Below, one piece after another: positions 10,149 through 19,029 of a stretch of DNA of 41,341 nt (position 1 is its first letter; the number at the start of each line of letters is the position of its first letter). The stretch lies in NCBI GenBank assembly GCA_037142195.1, contig JBAXBA010000030.1, forward strand, positions 1 through 41,341. The letters are read 5' to 3'. Position numbers and translations under genes: made by a program. The DNA comes from Pseudomonadota bacterium. GTDB lineage: Bacteria; Bdellovibrionota_B; Oligoflexia; Oligoflexales; CAIMVM01. The notes beneath the pieces are model-generated. The model was not told where the DNA came from, did no database searches, and was given only the letters and a program-made list of their open reading frames with translations.

Positions 10149-13100
10149 TTCCAATCTCCAAAAGAAGTCCGGGCCTGGCATACCAAATCCCACCCAGAAT
10201 GGTTTTACCTACATACATCTCTTCCAATGCCGCCATGTACTGCCTCAGCTGAGTGACATAGCCATGACTTTGGGCATGAATACGCAGCTGCTCGGGATCA
10301 ACAAGCGACGTTTTATAGTCGATCACCATCACCTCATCTTTAAATTCTAATACAAGATCCATGCTTCCACGACAGAGTTCTTGACCTGAGATGCGACCGA
10401 AGGCTGCCTCTGTCCTAATACGATCAGCCTTAGAAACGAGTTTTGCTAAGGGACTGTCCCCCAAAGACCGAGTCACCATTTCAAAATAGGCGCCCTTCAA
10501 ATGACTCTCTTCTTCCCTAAGAATTTGGTCCCAAATCAGATCCAAGTTCGAGACACTACCATCCCTAAAGAAAAGCTCTAAGCAGCGATGAAAAAAAACA
10601 CCCGCCTTAGCAGAGTCGCCGGAAGATAAACTACCGTTGACTGGGCTTCCTCCTGTCGAGTCTTTGGTGACCCTTCGCTCGTCTTGTCTAGGGAGGCCTT
10701 CTCTCTGGCTAGAAACTGCCTGAGAGGGAGAGACCAACGTAATTTCCCGAGGTATGTGGAAGCTAGTACTTTTCTCTGGTGTTGGCGAGGCCAGGCTGGC
10801 TGAGGCTTCTTCCACGGGGGAAATATCCTCCTGAACGAGTGATCGGCTTTCAAATGTGTCGCTCGCAATCTCTTCGAACGGGGCCAGATGGTAAAATGTC
10901 TTTACTTCAACTTCCGCATCCTCGTCGTCTTTTTTGGATTTTGATTTCCCTGAAGACAAGACCAAATACTGGGAAGCTCTTGTGGTGGCCACGTAAACCA
11001 AGCGCTTCACTTCATCCGCCAAAGCTTTTACCTGATAGGGCAAAATGGTTTCATAGGGAACTCCCTCTGGTAGTTCTCGTTTCAGAGGTAAGTATCTCAG
11101 TTGTCTTTGATCGGCTTTAGACCAATAGGAGTCATCTCTATGTAAATCTCTACCCATCCCCATAACAATCACAAACGGAAACTCAAGCCCCTTGGCCTTG
11201 TGAATGGTCATCATACGGACGGCCCCAGAACCAGAAAGCATGGCATTTCCTGTATCGTCTGCCCGAGCCGATTCTTCCATCCAGCCTAAAAAATCATGCA
11301 GCCTGCCCTTTTGATCGGCAGCTAAAAGAAGAAGATTTTCCAAATTACGGGCGGCGAGCTCCCCTTCGGTCCCCCCAAAGGATCTGCGATAGGTATCCGG
11401 AACCGCTAGCTCCCGCCAAAGCCCCAATAAAAGAATTTCGCATGGCAATCGGTCGACCTGATTTTGAGCTTCCTTCAAAACCTGGTACAAATCAGGATTT
11501 TTTTGAGCCAAATACTCCTCGACCCGAAGAGGCGACTCGGAGGCAAAAAGAGCTTTATAGTCGCTACCCGTAAATCCGCCCACGGGGCCTGAAAGAAAGG
11601 CCAGGAGGCTATATTCGTTATAAGAATAACAAAGCCACTGCAAAAGGTTCTTAAGATCATCGATCTCTGATCTGGAAAAAAAACCTTGTTTTTCTTCTCT
11701 TAGACTTGAAATTCCTCGGGATCTGAGAGCTAATTCAAGGGCTTCTGAGGAGCTTTTATCGCGATACAAAATCACGATATCCGCGGCATTAAGACTGCGC
11801 TCCTTTGACCCTTTGTGAGAAATTGGAAATCGCCGTCCTTCTTTGAGCAGTCGATCGATAAGTGAGGCCACCTCCTCGACTTCATTTTCTTTTGTAGACG
11901 GAAGACGCCAGACGCCTCCTTCCCTCGGAGTTAAAAGTCGCCCATCTTGACGTTTAGCGGACTCGTGGAGCGGAAAATCTGGGATCTGATCTTGAAGCAG
12001 CCTGTTCACCCCATCCAGTAAGGCGGGAGCCGATCGGTAGCTTTTCGACATCTCAAGGATATAAGCCCCTTGCTGGCTCATCGTCTCTTTCGCTTCATCT
12101 AAAACTTCTGGATCTGCTTCTCTAAAGCCATAAATAGACTGCTTGCGGTCTCCGACAATAAAGACCGACTTTTGGAGACTTTGGCCGGCGAGCAGCTCCA
12201 AAGAGATGGCCTGAAAGACTTCCCATTGTAGCCTTGAGGTGTCCTGAAACTCGTCAATCAGGAGGTGACTCAGTCCTTGTTGAATGAGCCAGCTTACTCC
12301 ACTTGCCGTTTCTCCATGAAATAAGCGATGAACGCCTTTAGCCAAATCTGAAAACTCTAAGACGCGTTGTTTTATTTTGAGATCTTTTAAAGCCCCTTGA
12401 TAACCACGCCAAATCTGTAAAATCAACTCCCCTTCTCGATCCGCTTTATGCAAAACGTTTCGCAGGAGAAAGTTTTGAAGGGTATCATCCACATGTTTGA
12501 TTTCCGCTGCTAGGGAATCGCGTTTCTTCCCTTTGATTTGGCTTCCGCTTACTTTCATCTTTGCAGATAGAAACCCAGATTGACGCATGGGGTCTAATTT
12601 CTTTTGTTGGACAGCCAGCTGAAGGGGCCCGTTGAACTTTTCATAATGAGACCCAATCTGCAAAAGATCGTCGGCGAGCGCGTCCACTACGGATTCTTCT
12701 GCCAAAGGAACAGCCCGCCAAGGCGCCACGGGCTCTCCTTGAGAAAGGTAGATCAAACCATCATAGCGACTGAGAGCTTCTATTTTTTCAAAAAGAGCTG
12801 TCATGGAAAATGTGGGGCCTAAGAGCATCACTTGTTTGAGCAAGGCCCGGCAAGAGTCTGTTTTCAGGTAGCTGTTCCAAGCCTGTTTTTTTATCTTGGA
12901 CATTTCGCTGGGCTCACTGAGAACCATTTCGCTGGAAATGCCAGCTTCCTCTGGAAATTTCAGGACCCACTCTTTGAAAAGGGCGTCAATGGTAGAAACC
13001 CGCAAAGCCTGTGTGGCTGCTAAAATCGCCTCCCCTGTCTCTTGGGCAGAGCGAGGTGGCGGCATATCCGGATGGTCTAACTGCGAATAAAAGAGGCTTA

Positions 13101-13338
13101 GCCTGTCTTGAAAGGTTTTCGCGGCTTCAGGTTGAAACACAAGATTCATGGCTTTTTCAATGATCCGGGTTCGCATTTCACCGGCGGCTTTAACAGTAAA
13201 GGTTATGGTGAGTATCTTGCTTGGATCTGAACCCGCGGCTACTAAAGAAAGAAATCGCTCCGACAGCTGATGGGTTTTACCTGAACCGGCACTCGCTTCC
13301 ACTAAACAACTCAGATATGGGTTTGCCGGGTCCACCAT
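10138..13338 (-). CDS. addA: AddA/RecB-like UvrD helicase-nuclease
   Basis: EASAGSGKT Walker A, IDEFQDTS, VGDRKQSIYGFR, MTIHKAKGLEF, YVATTRA, C-terminal GSMDL..IDYKT nuclease. Confidence 0.9.
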   Translation of the reverse strand: MVDPANPYLSCLVEASAGSGKTHQLSERFLSLVAAGSDPSKILTITFTVKAAGEMRTRIIEKAMNLVFQPEAAKTFQDRLSLFYSQLDHPDMPPPRSAQETGEAILAATQALRVSTIDALFKEWVLKFPEEAGISSEMVLSEPSEMSKIKKQAWNSYLKTDSCRALLKQVMLLGPTFSMTALFEKIEALSRYDGLIYLSQGEPVAPWRAVPLAEESVVDALADDLLQIGSHYEKFNGPLQLAVQQKKLDPMRQSGFLSAKMKVSGSQIKGKKRDSLAAEIKHVDDTLQNFLLRNVLHKADREGELILQIWRGYQGALKDLKIKQRVLEFSDLAKGVHRLFHGETASGVSWLIQQGLSHLLIDEFQDTSRLQWEVFQAISLELLAGQSLQKSVFIVGDRKQSIYGFREADPEVLDEAKETMSQQGAYILEMSKSYRSAPALLDGVNRLLQDQIPDFPLHESAKRQDGRLLTPREGGVWRLPSTKENEVEEVASLIDRLLKEGRRFPISHKGSKERSLNAADIVILYRDKSSSEALELALRSRGISSLREEKQGFFSRSEIDDLKNLLQWLCYSYNEYSLLAFLSGPVGGFTGSDYKALFASESPLRVEEYLAQKNPDLYQVLKEAQNQVDRLPCEILLLGLWRELAVPDTYRRSFGGTEGELAARNLENLLLLAADQKGRLHDFLGWMEESARADDTGNAMLSGSGAVRMMTIHKAKGLEFPFVIVMGMGRDLHRDDSYWSKADQRQLRYLPLKRELPEGVPYETILPYQVKALADEVKRLVYVATTRASQYLVLSSGKSKSKKDDEDAEVEVKTFYHLAPFEEIASDTFESRSLVQEDISPVEEASASLASPTPEKSTSFHIPREITLVSPSQAVSSQREGLPRQDERRVTKDSTGGSPVNGSLSSGDSAKAGVFFHRCLELFFRDGSVSNLDLIWDQILREEESHLKGAYFEMVTRSLGDSPLAKLVSKADRIRTEAAFGRISGQELCRGSMDLVLEFKDEVMVIDYKTSLVDPEQLRIHAQSHGYVTQLRQYMAALEEMYVGKTILGGIWYARPGLLLEIGNDA

Positions 13339-13450
13339 GTTTTCGATTCCACTCCCGCAGGTGCTGTTAGGAACATTTCATTAAGACTATGCTTTTACAC
13401 GAATATTTCCTGTGCTACAATCCCCGCTTATATTTACTACCGAGGATATC

Positions 13451-14509
13451 ATGGACATAAAAGATAGCATTGCTGCTATGATCAGAAAGATGCCACCCGT
13501 TGTACTCAAAAGACAGCCCCTTAAGGCGTTTGGGTATTTAGCCCGTGACCTCTTTTTAGTCGCATTTTTTGCGTCTGCTATCCTCTATGTCGACTCTTGG
13601 ATTCTAGGCGGAGTTCTCTCTATCTTCTTAGGAATGGCCATGATGGGGCTCTTTGTTCTCGGCCATGATGCAGGCCATCGGTCGTTTGCCTATAGTGAAA
13701 AGGTGAATGACTTCGTGGGTCATTTGACAACATCTTTTTGTTTGTGGCCCTTTCACGTTTGGCGTCTATCCCATGATCTCCATCACCGTTATACCCATAA
13801 TTTAGATAAAGAAATTGCTTGGCGGCCCTTAACAGTAAATCAGTATTTAAGACGATCTAGCTTTGACCGCTGGTTTTATAGAGCGACGCGCAGTTACTTG
13901 ATGCCTATTTCCAGCTTTGTTTTTACCGGGTACTTTATCCGCGATGCGCTTTTGGGACGAAAGTCTAAATTTTTCGAGCAAAAAGATAGTGCAAAACTTA
14001 AACTTTCCCTTATCATTTGTGCGCTTGCCACTCTAGCAGTTATAGGTGGATCCATCGCTGCTTCAGGAATCTATGGCTTCATCTACTTATTCGTGGTTCC
14101 ACAGATTATATTTCAGACTTTACTCTCCGTTTTCACTTTCTTTCACCACACGTCTCCAGATCGAACCCTCCATGCAGATGCCAATTGGACCATGGAAAAG
14201 GGCCAAATCGCTGGTACGGTTCATGTGAAGTATCCAGCCATCGTGGAATGGTTTTGTCACGATATCAATTGGCACGTTCCCCACCACGTCTGTGTTGGCA
14301 TTCCTCACTACCAGCTTAGGTTAGCCCACGAAAGTTTAAAGAAAGCCTATCCGGATACCGTGAAGGAAATCATTTTAAATGCCGCCTCCTGGAAAGGTGT
14401 TACCGGTGCGTGCCATCTCGTCAAAGGTAAAAAAGTGGGTGAAGAAGAATGGGTCACTTTTGCCGAAGCGGCGCAGTGGGAAAGCCGTCTTCAAACCGCC
14501 TCGGTTTGA
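13451..14509 (+). CDS. desA: Membrane fatty acid desaturase, delta-12/omega-6 (DesA/FAD6-like)
   Basis: His boxes HDAGH, HDLHH, HVPHH; context GHDAGHRSF and CHDINWHVPHH typical of cyanobacterial DesA; GAGGA RBS before ATG 13451. Confidence 0.8.
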   Translation: MDIKDSIAAMIRKMPPVVLKRQPLKAFGYLARDLFLVAFFASAILYVDSWILGGVLSIFLGMAMMGLFVLGHDAGHRSFAYSEKVNDFVGHLTTSFCLWPFHVWRLSHDLHHRYTHNLDKEIAWRPLTVNQYLRRSSFDRWFYRATRSYLMPISSFVFTGYFIRDALLGRKSKFFEQKDSAKLKLSLIICALATLAVIGGSIAASGIYGFIYLFVVPQIIFQTLLSVFTFFHHTSPDRTLHADANWTMEKGQIAGTVHVKYPAIVEWFCHDINWHVPHHVCVGIPHYQLRLAHESLKKAYPDTVKEIILNAASWKGVTGACHLVKGKKVGEEEWVTFAEAAQWESRLQTASV

Positions 14510-14526
14510 AGAGTCTAACGGTCAGA

Positions 14527-15225
14527 TCATTTGCCCTTGCAGCCATACTTTCTAAAACAATTATAGCCTTGCCCTGTGACTAAACAGCTGCGTAGCTTTT
14601 TTTCCTGGCATAAGGCTCTGGGCCCAGAGGCCATAGCCTGCTTTACTACGGAATCCACGCGCCCGAAGTCCTTAGGCTTTACCGGTCCTAAATAGACCTC
14701 TTGCCACTCGCTATCGTCAGAGTCAGAGATCCTGTAGTTATTGCAAATGGCCCAGTTCTTTTGATAGCCATACCAAGCCATAAGACCTTGGCGGTCAAAA
14801 ACGGTTTTGGCGCAGTTTGCGTTGACCATGGGTTCTTTGAGGCCCTCTGGGTCGACCCCACACTCAGAAAGCCACCAGGCATCATTGATTTGAAAAATGC
14901 CATGATCCGTCGAACCATTGGAATTGAGATTCACGGCATTGGTCTTTAGTCTAGACTCATGTTTGGCTACACAAACCATGGTGGGGATGACACTATCAGG
15001 AAAACCTGCGAGCTTCAGATGCTGAGCGACTTGTCTTTCCGACAATTTCACCGCCTTGCGATTCCCATTTTCTCGAGGGATACCACAAGACAAGTTAAAG
15101 AGGAGCAGACTCGCTGGCAAAAGCCCCCAACGACCCTTGAGACCTGCCGCCCTAAACCCTATGGGCTTTCGACAGCGGGCCTCAAGTCTCCATTTTAGAT
15201 TCTTTAGAGTCACAAGCAACTTCAC
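14527..15225 (-). CDS. C-type (GH22)-like lysozyme/muramidase, possible lipoprotein
   Basis: CVAKHESRLKTNAVNLNSNGSTDHGIFQINDAWW...NANCAKTVFDRQGLMAW aligns by eye to hen lysozyme including catalytic Glu and Asp; hydrophobic stretch ending LSC; start uncertain. Confidence 0.8.
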   Translation of the reverse strand: MKLLVTLKNLKWRLEARCRKPIGFRAAGLKGRWGLLPASLLLFNLSCGIPRENGNRKAVKLSERQVAQHLKLAGFPDSVIPTMVCVAKHESRLKTNAVNLNSNGSTDHGIFQINDAWWLSECGVDPEGLKEPMVNANCAKTVFDRQGLMAWYGYQKNWAICNNYRISDSDDSEWQEVYLGPVKPKDFGRVDSVVKQAMASGPRALCQEKKLRSCLVTGQGYNCFRKYGCKGK

Positions 15226-15404
15226 TCCGTAGCATCCCCCAACGCCCCTAGATCTTTCGCCTTCTGGCTAAAAACCCTTAATAAAAAGCCGAGCCGCTTT
15301 ATAAACTCTCATTATTTCGGGGTATTAGGCGAGCTTTCAAACATAAGGCACCACCTTCTCAAATCTCTAAAAAGCCTATTCCAAGCCCCGAAAGCTTCCA
15401 GGCG

Positions 15405-15779
15405 TCATCCTTCATTATACTTTCGGTTACTGCCTTTGGAAGTGCTTAGGGGATATTTCAGCTCGTTCTTGGCCATCTTAGATAACACAGCTTGAGACAG
15501 ATCGATGCGGTGAAGCTGACTAAACCTGAATAACATCCAGCATATATCCGCCAATTCATCGGCAATTTTCTCTCTTGCTACCGGGTTTTCCAACATCTCT
15601 GCTACTTGCTCTGGGCGCTTAAACCGCATCAAATCCAAAAGCTCTGCACTTTCCGTCGCAAGTCCAATCGCTAGTTCCTTCATGTCGTGAAATTGATCCC
15701 AGTCCCTCAATTCGCAAAAATGAGCGATTTTTTCCTTCAACGACCCGATCGCCGTTTCCTTGTCGTTTGTAATTCCCAC
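15405..15779 (-). CDS. MazG-like nucleotide pyrophosphohydrolase (DCTPP1-like)
   Basis: RDWDQFH, ESAELLD, DELADI, KMAKNELKYP; GAGG RBS. Confidence 0.9.
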   Translation of the reverse strand: MGITNDKETAIGSLKEKIAHFCELRDWDQFHDMKELAIGLATESAELLDLMRFKRPEQVAEMLENPVAREKIADELADICWMLFRFSQLHRIDLSQAVLSKMAKNELKYPLSTSKGSNRKYNEG

Positions 15780-15894
15780 ATATACCTCATAAATTACGGA
15801 TATTTATCACGAGATGCGAGATTTTCTCCCCACCTCTTTTTTTGCTTTCCTTAATCCTCACTTCCAGGCATATTCCGGCGGATTGGAGGATCCT

Positions 15895-16794
15895 ATGTCT
15901 TTAAAACCAGCCTTGCGCATTCAAACCACAACTTTATGGGACTATCCTAGCCAGCACTACGGGTTTTCCATGCAGGGAGATAAGGATTACGCTGGGGCGA
16001 CGCCATCCTACATTATTTGGAATCTCCTGCAAAGGTACACCAAAAAGGGAGATCTGGTTATCGATCCGTGTGCTGGATCCGGCACGACCCTAGCAGTGGC
16101 TAAGGATTTGGACAGACTCAGTCGAGGATTTGACTTAGCTCCCTACACAAAAGACATTGAACTCGCCGATGCGCGACATCTTCCGCTTGATGACAAGTCA
16201 GTAGATTTTGTGTTCATCGACCCCCCTTATTCTACCCATTTGGACTACTCTGACGATGAGCGCTGCATAGGCAAACTAGACGCTAAAAATGGCTCCTACT
16301 ATGAAGCGATGGAAGAGGTGATTGAGGAAATTTCCCGGGTTCTAAAAGATGGGAAATATATGGCACTTTATGTTTCCGATAGCTTTAAAAAAGGCTCACC
16401 GCTCATGGCCATCGGTTTTGAGCTCTTTTCTAGACTGTCGATGCACTTTGAGCCCGTCGACATCATTGCCGTCACCCGCCACAATGCTAAACTTGCAAAA
16501 GGTAATTTTCATAAAGCGGCAGAGGAGGAAAACTTCTTTCTCCGCGGTTTCAACTACTTATTCATCATGAAGAAACCAAGCCAAATCATTCGAAAACCCC
16601 AAAAAACAAATTGGCGAAATCAAAGGACGAGAAACGATTCTAAAGTCGCTGCTTCCAGCTCTAGAAAGCCGTCTTCTTTTAGGCCAACGACTAAGGCACA
16701 AAGAATAGACAACAAGCGACCTCCCGAAAGAGCACCCTCGTCCAAGAGTCGACCACCCGAAAGAGCCCCCTCGGCGAAAAAACGCCCCACTTAA
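15895..16794 (+). CDS. Amino (N6A/N4C-type) SAM-dependent methyltransferase with basic repetitive tail
   Basis: DPCAGSGT motif I, DPPY motif IV; GGAGG RBS before ATG 15895; C-terminal K/R/S/P-rich tail with RPPERAPS x2. Confidence 0.8.
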   Translation: MSLKPALRIQTTTLWDYPSQHYGFSMQGDKDYAGATPSYIIWNLLQRYTKKGDLVIDPCAGSGTTLAVAKDLDRLSRGFDLAPYTKDIELADARHLPLDDKSVDFVFIDPPYSTHLDYSDDERCIGKLDAKNGSYYEAMEEVIEEISRVLKDGKYMALYVSDSFKKGSPLMAIGFELFSRLSMHFEPVDIIAVTRHNAKLAKGNFHKAAEEENFFLRGFNYLFIMKKPSQIIRKPQKTNWRNQRTRNDSKVAASSSRKPSSFRPTTKAQRIDNKRPPERAPSSKSRPPERAPSAKKRPT

Positions 16795-16835
16795 TGACAT
16801 AGTTTGTGGTGCCGTGTTTTTTATTATCTGAGAAA

Positions 16836-16870
16836 AAAAGGAAAGTCTTCAGCTTAAAGACTTTCCTTTT
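16836..16870. terminator. Bidirectional intrinsic terminator
   Basis: aaaaggaaagtctt / aagactttcctttt inverted repeat between convergent genes. Confidence 0.8.
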
Positions 16871-16933
16871 CTTATAGGCTCACCAAATTTCAAACTGTGC
16901 GTAAAAATCACCGCAGTTAAAACATTAAAAAAA

Positions 16934-18621
16934 CTAAGCGGATTTTTTATTCAAGACCTTACAAATTCCAGACACCAACCCCTCCAAAGACGTCGGCTTG
17001 AGAATGAAACCATCATAAAGGGCCGCCCCCTCCACACTGTCACCCGCGTTAGCGCTATAGGAAATAATGACTAATGACTTTCCATCCTGAGCTCTTTTAG
17101 CCTGAGATTTTCTTATGGCTGCAGTCGCTTGAAGCCCATCTAAAATAGGCATATTGGTGTCCATAAGAATCAAGTCGTAATCAGAGGAAGCAGCTTTTTC
17201 GGCCGCATCCTTACCATTATAGGCAAAGTCTACGGTCGCCCCTGACTGCTCTAACATCTTTTTAGTGATTTTAAGGATCATCATATTGTCATCTGCAACT
17301 AATATTTTCAAATTAGGGGGAAGTCCGATTGAGCCTTTAGAGGCCAAGTTAGATCCTTCCTTGCTAAGTCCCATCGGAACATCAATAGAAAAGCAACTCC
17401 CTACCCCAACTTTACTTACAACCGTAATTTCGCCATTCATTTTTTCGGTCAACCGTTTCACAAGGTATAAACCTATACCCGTTCCTGGGCGTTCTTTTTT
17501 GTCCGCGTGATCGACTCTGTAATATTGATTAAAAATGTTTTTAAGCACTGCATCAGGAATACCAATTCCTGAGTCTGTCACGGAAAATTCTAGTTTTTGT
17601 TTCTCCATATGATAGATGGTCTTAATTTCAATTTCTCCGCGATCGGTGTATTTGAAAGCATTGCTGATCAAATTGAGAAGTACCTGAGTCAGACGGTTTT
17701 TATCGCCATAGATCCAAATGCCTTCGGGGAGTTAATGATTAAATTTAACTTTGATATCTTTTCCAGAAAACATCAACATTGTGATAAGTTTGAGCCGTTC
17801 TAAAAGCTCAGACAAACTAAAGTTGCTAGAAACCATATCTATAGAATCGCTTTCAAGCTTTCCTAGATCCAAAATATCGTTCGTCACGGTTAAAAGAAAT
17901 TCTGCACAAGCAGCGGCGCTTTTTTCATATTCCTGACGAGATTTTGAATCCTCTGCTTGACCCAACAGCTCCAGGCTGCCAAGAAGACCCTGCAAAGGGG
18001 TGCGAATTTCATGATTCATCTGAGAGTAGAAATTCGCTTTGTTTTTGGAAAATGCAGCCAACTTATTCTTCTCAGTCTCGATTTCTAACGTTAAATCAAA
18101 GAGTTTCAAATTGAGCTTCTTCGACGTAATCACCGAATGGCGGTGCTTAAGTTGAGTCTGGACTTGCCTTGCGATCAACTCCAACAATTCCTTCTGACGA
18201 CTGGTAATGACCCTTTTTTGACTATCTATCGCGCAAAAAGTTCCAATAAACTCTCCCCCCACTTCCAGGGGTACCCCTGCGTAGAAGATGACATGGGGAG
18301 CCCCGACCACAAGAGGGTTGTCAAAGAAACGTATATATCTTTCGTCGCATCTTCGACAATAAGCGTCTTAGTATCTAAAATGGCATGACCACAAAAGGAA
18401 ACATTCCTGGGGGTCTCTGAGGCCCCAAGTCCTACCTTTGACTTGAACCATTGGCGGTCTTTATCCACTAAACTAATGAGTACAATAGGAATACCCAACA
18501 CTTCAGCCGCTAATGCCGTCAGCTCATCAAGAGAGGATTCATTGGTTGTATCTAGGATTTCAAGTTCCCTTAGAATTCCTAATCGCGCTTCTTCTCTTTC
18601 TGGCGTTCCTGGTTCAATCAT
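16934..18621 (-). pseudogene. Hybrid sensor kinase GAF-HisKA-HATPase-REC, disrupted twice
   Basis: RQWFKS/FCGHAI GAF, NHEIRTPL H-box, NAFKYT, DSGIGI, GTGIGL, LILMD receiver; +2 frameshift in the TA run at 18331-18340 and in-frame TAA at 17732-17734. Confidence 0.9.
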
Positions 18622-18823
18622 ATACCCTCCTAAAAGCTAGCCCCTTCTCGGTTGAGACTAGCTCAAATGTTAAAGCACTCATTATTACCTTCCCAAAACA
18701 ATCCATAAAGCATTAACATTACAGATTGTTAGCTTCAGAACTTTGGGCCAAGTTTAGTTTAAAGAATACAATCCTCTGCTCCGATCGGAAAAAAGACGAG
18801 TGAAAAAAATGTATCGTCTTTTT

Positions 18824-18875
18824 AAAAGAGAGCCACAAAAGAGAGCCACAAAAGAGAGCCACAAAAAATAGCTAC
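18824..18875. repeat. 13-bp tandem repeat AAAAGAGAGCCAC x3 plus one degenerate copy
   Basis: Exact units at 18824, 18837 and 18850; degenerate aaaaaatagctac at 18863. Confidence 0.9.
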
Positions 18876-19029
18876 GAAAATAAAAAGACAGAAAAAACTG
18901 CTACATCAAACTTACGCAAAGAAGCTATGGTTTGAATCAGGACGCTGATCAAAGTGGTCAACGGTTTCATTACTCAAGAGAAAAGTATGTTGGAGCTGTT
19001 CTGCAGGTGCTATTTTTCGACGGAATCAA

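Noticed and set aside
15895..16794. Restriction-modification system
   Set aside because: No endonuclease or specificity subunit adjacent
18331..18340. Phase-variable switch in the kinase TA run
   Set aside because: The run is very short and a second nonsense lesion would still inactivate the gene
18824..18875. CRISPR-like repeats
   Set aside because: 13-bp head-to-tail units without spacers; a simple tandem repeat
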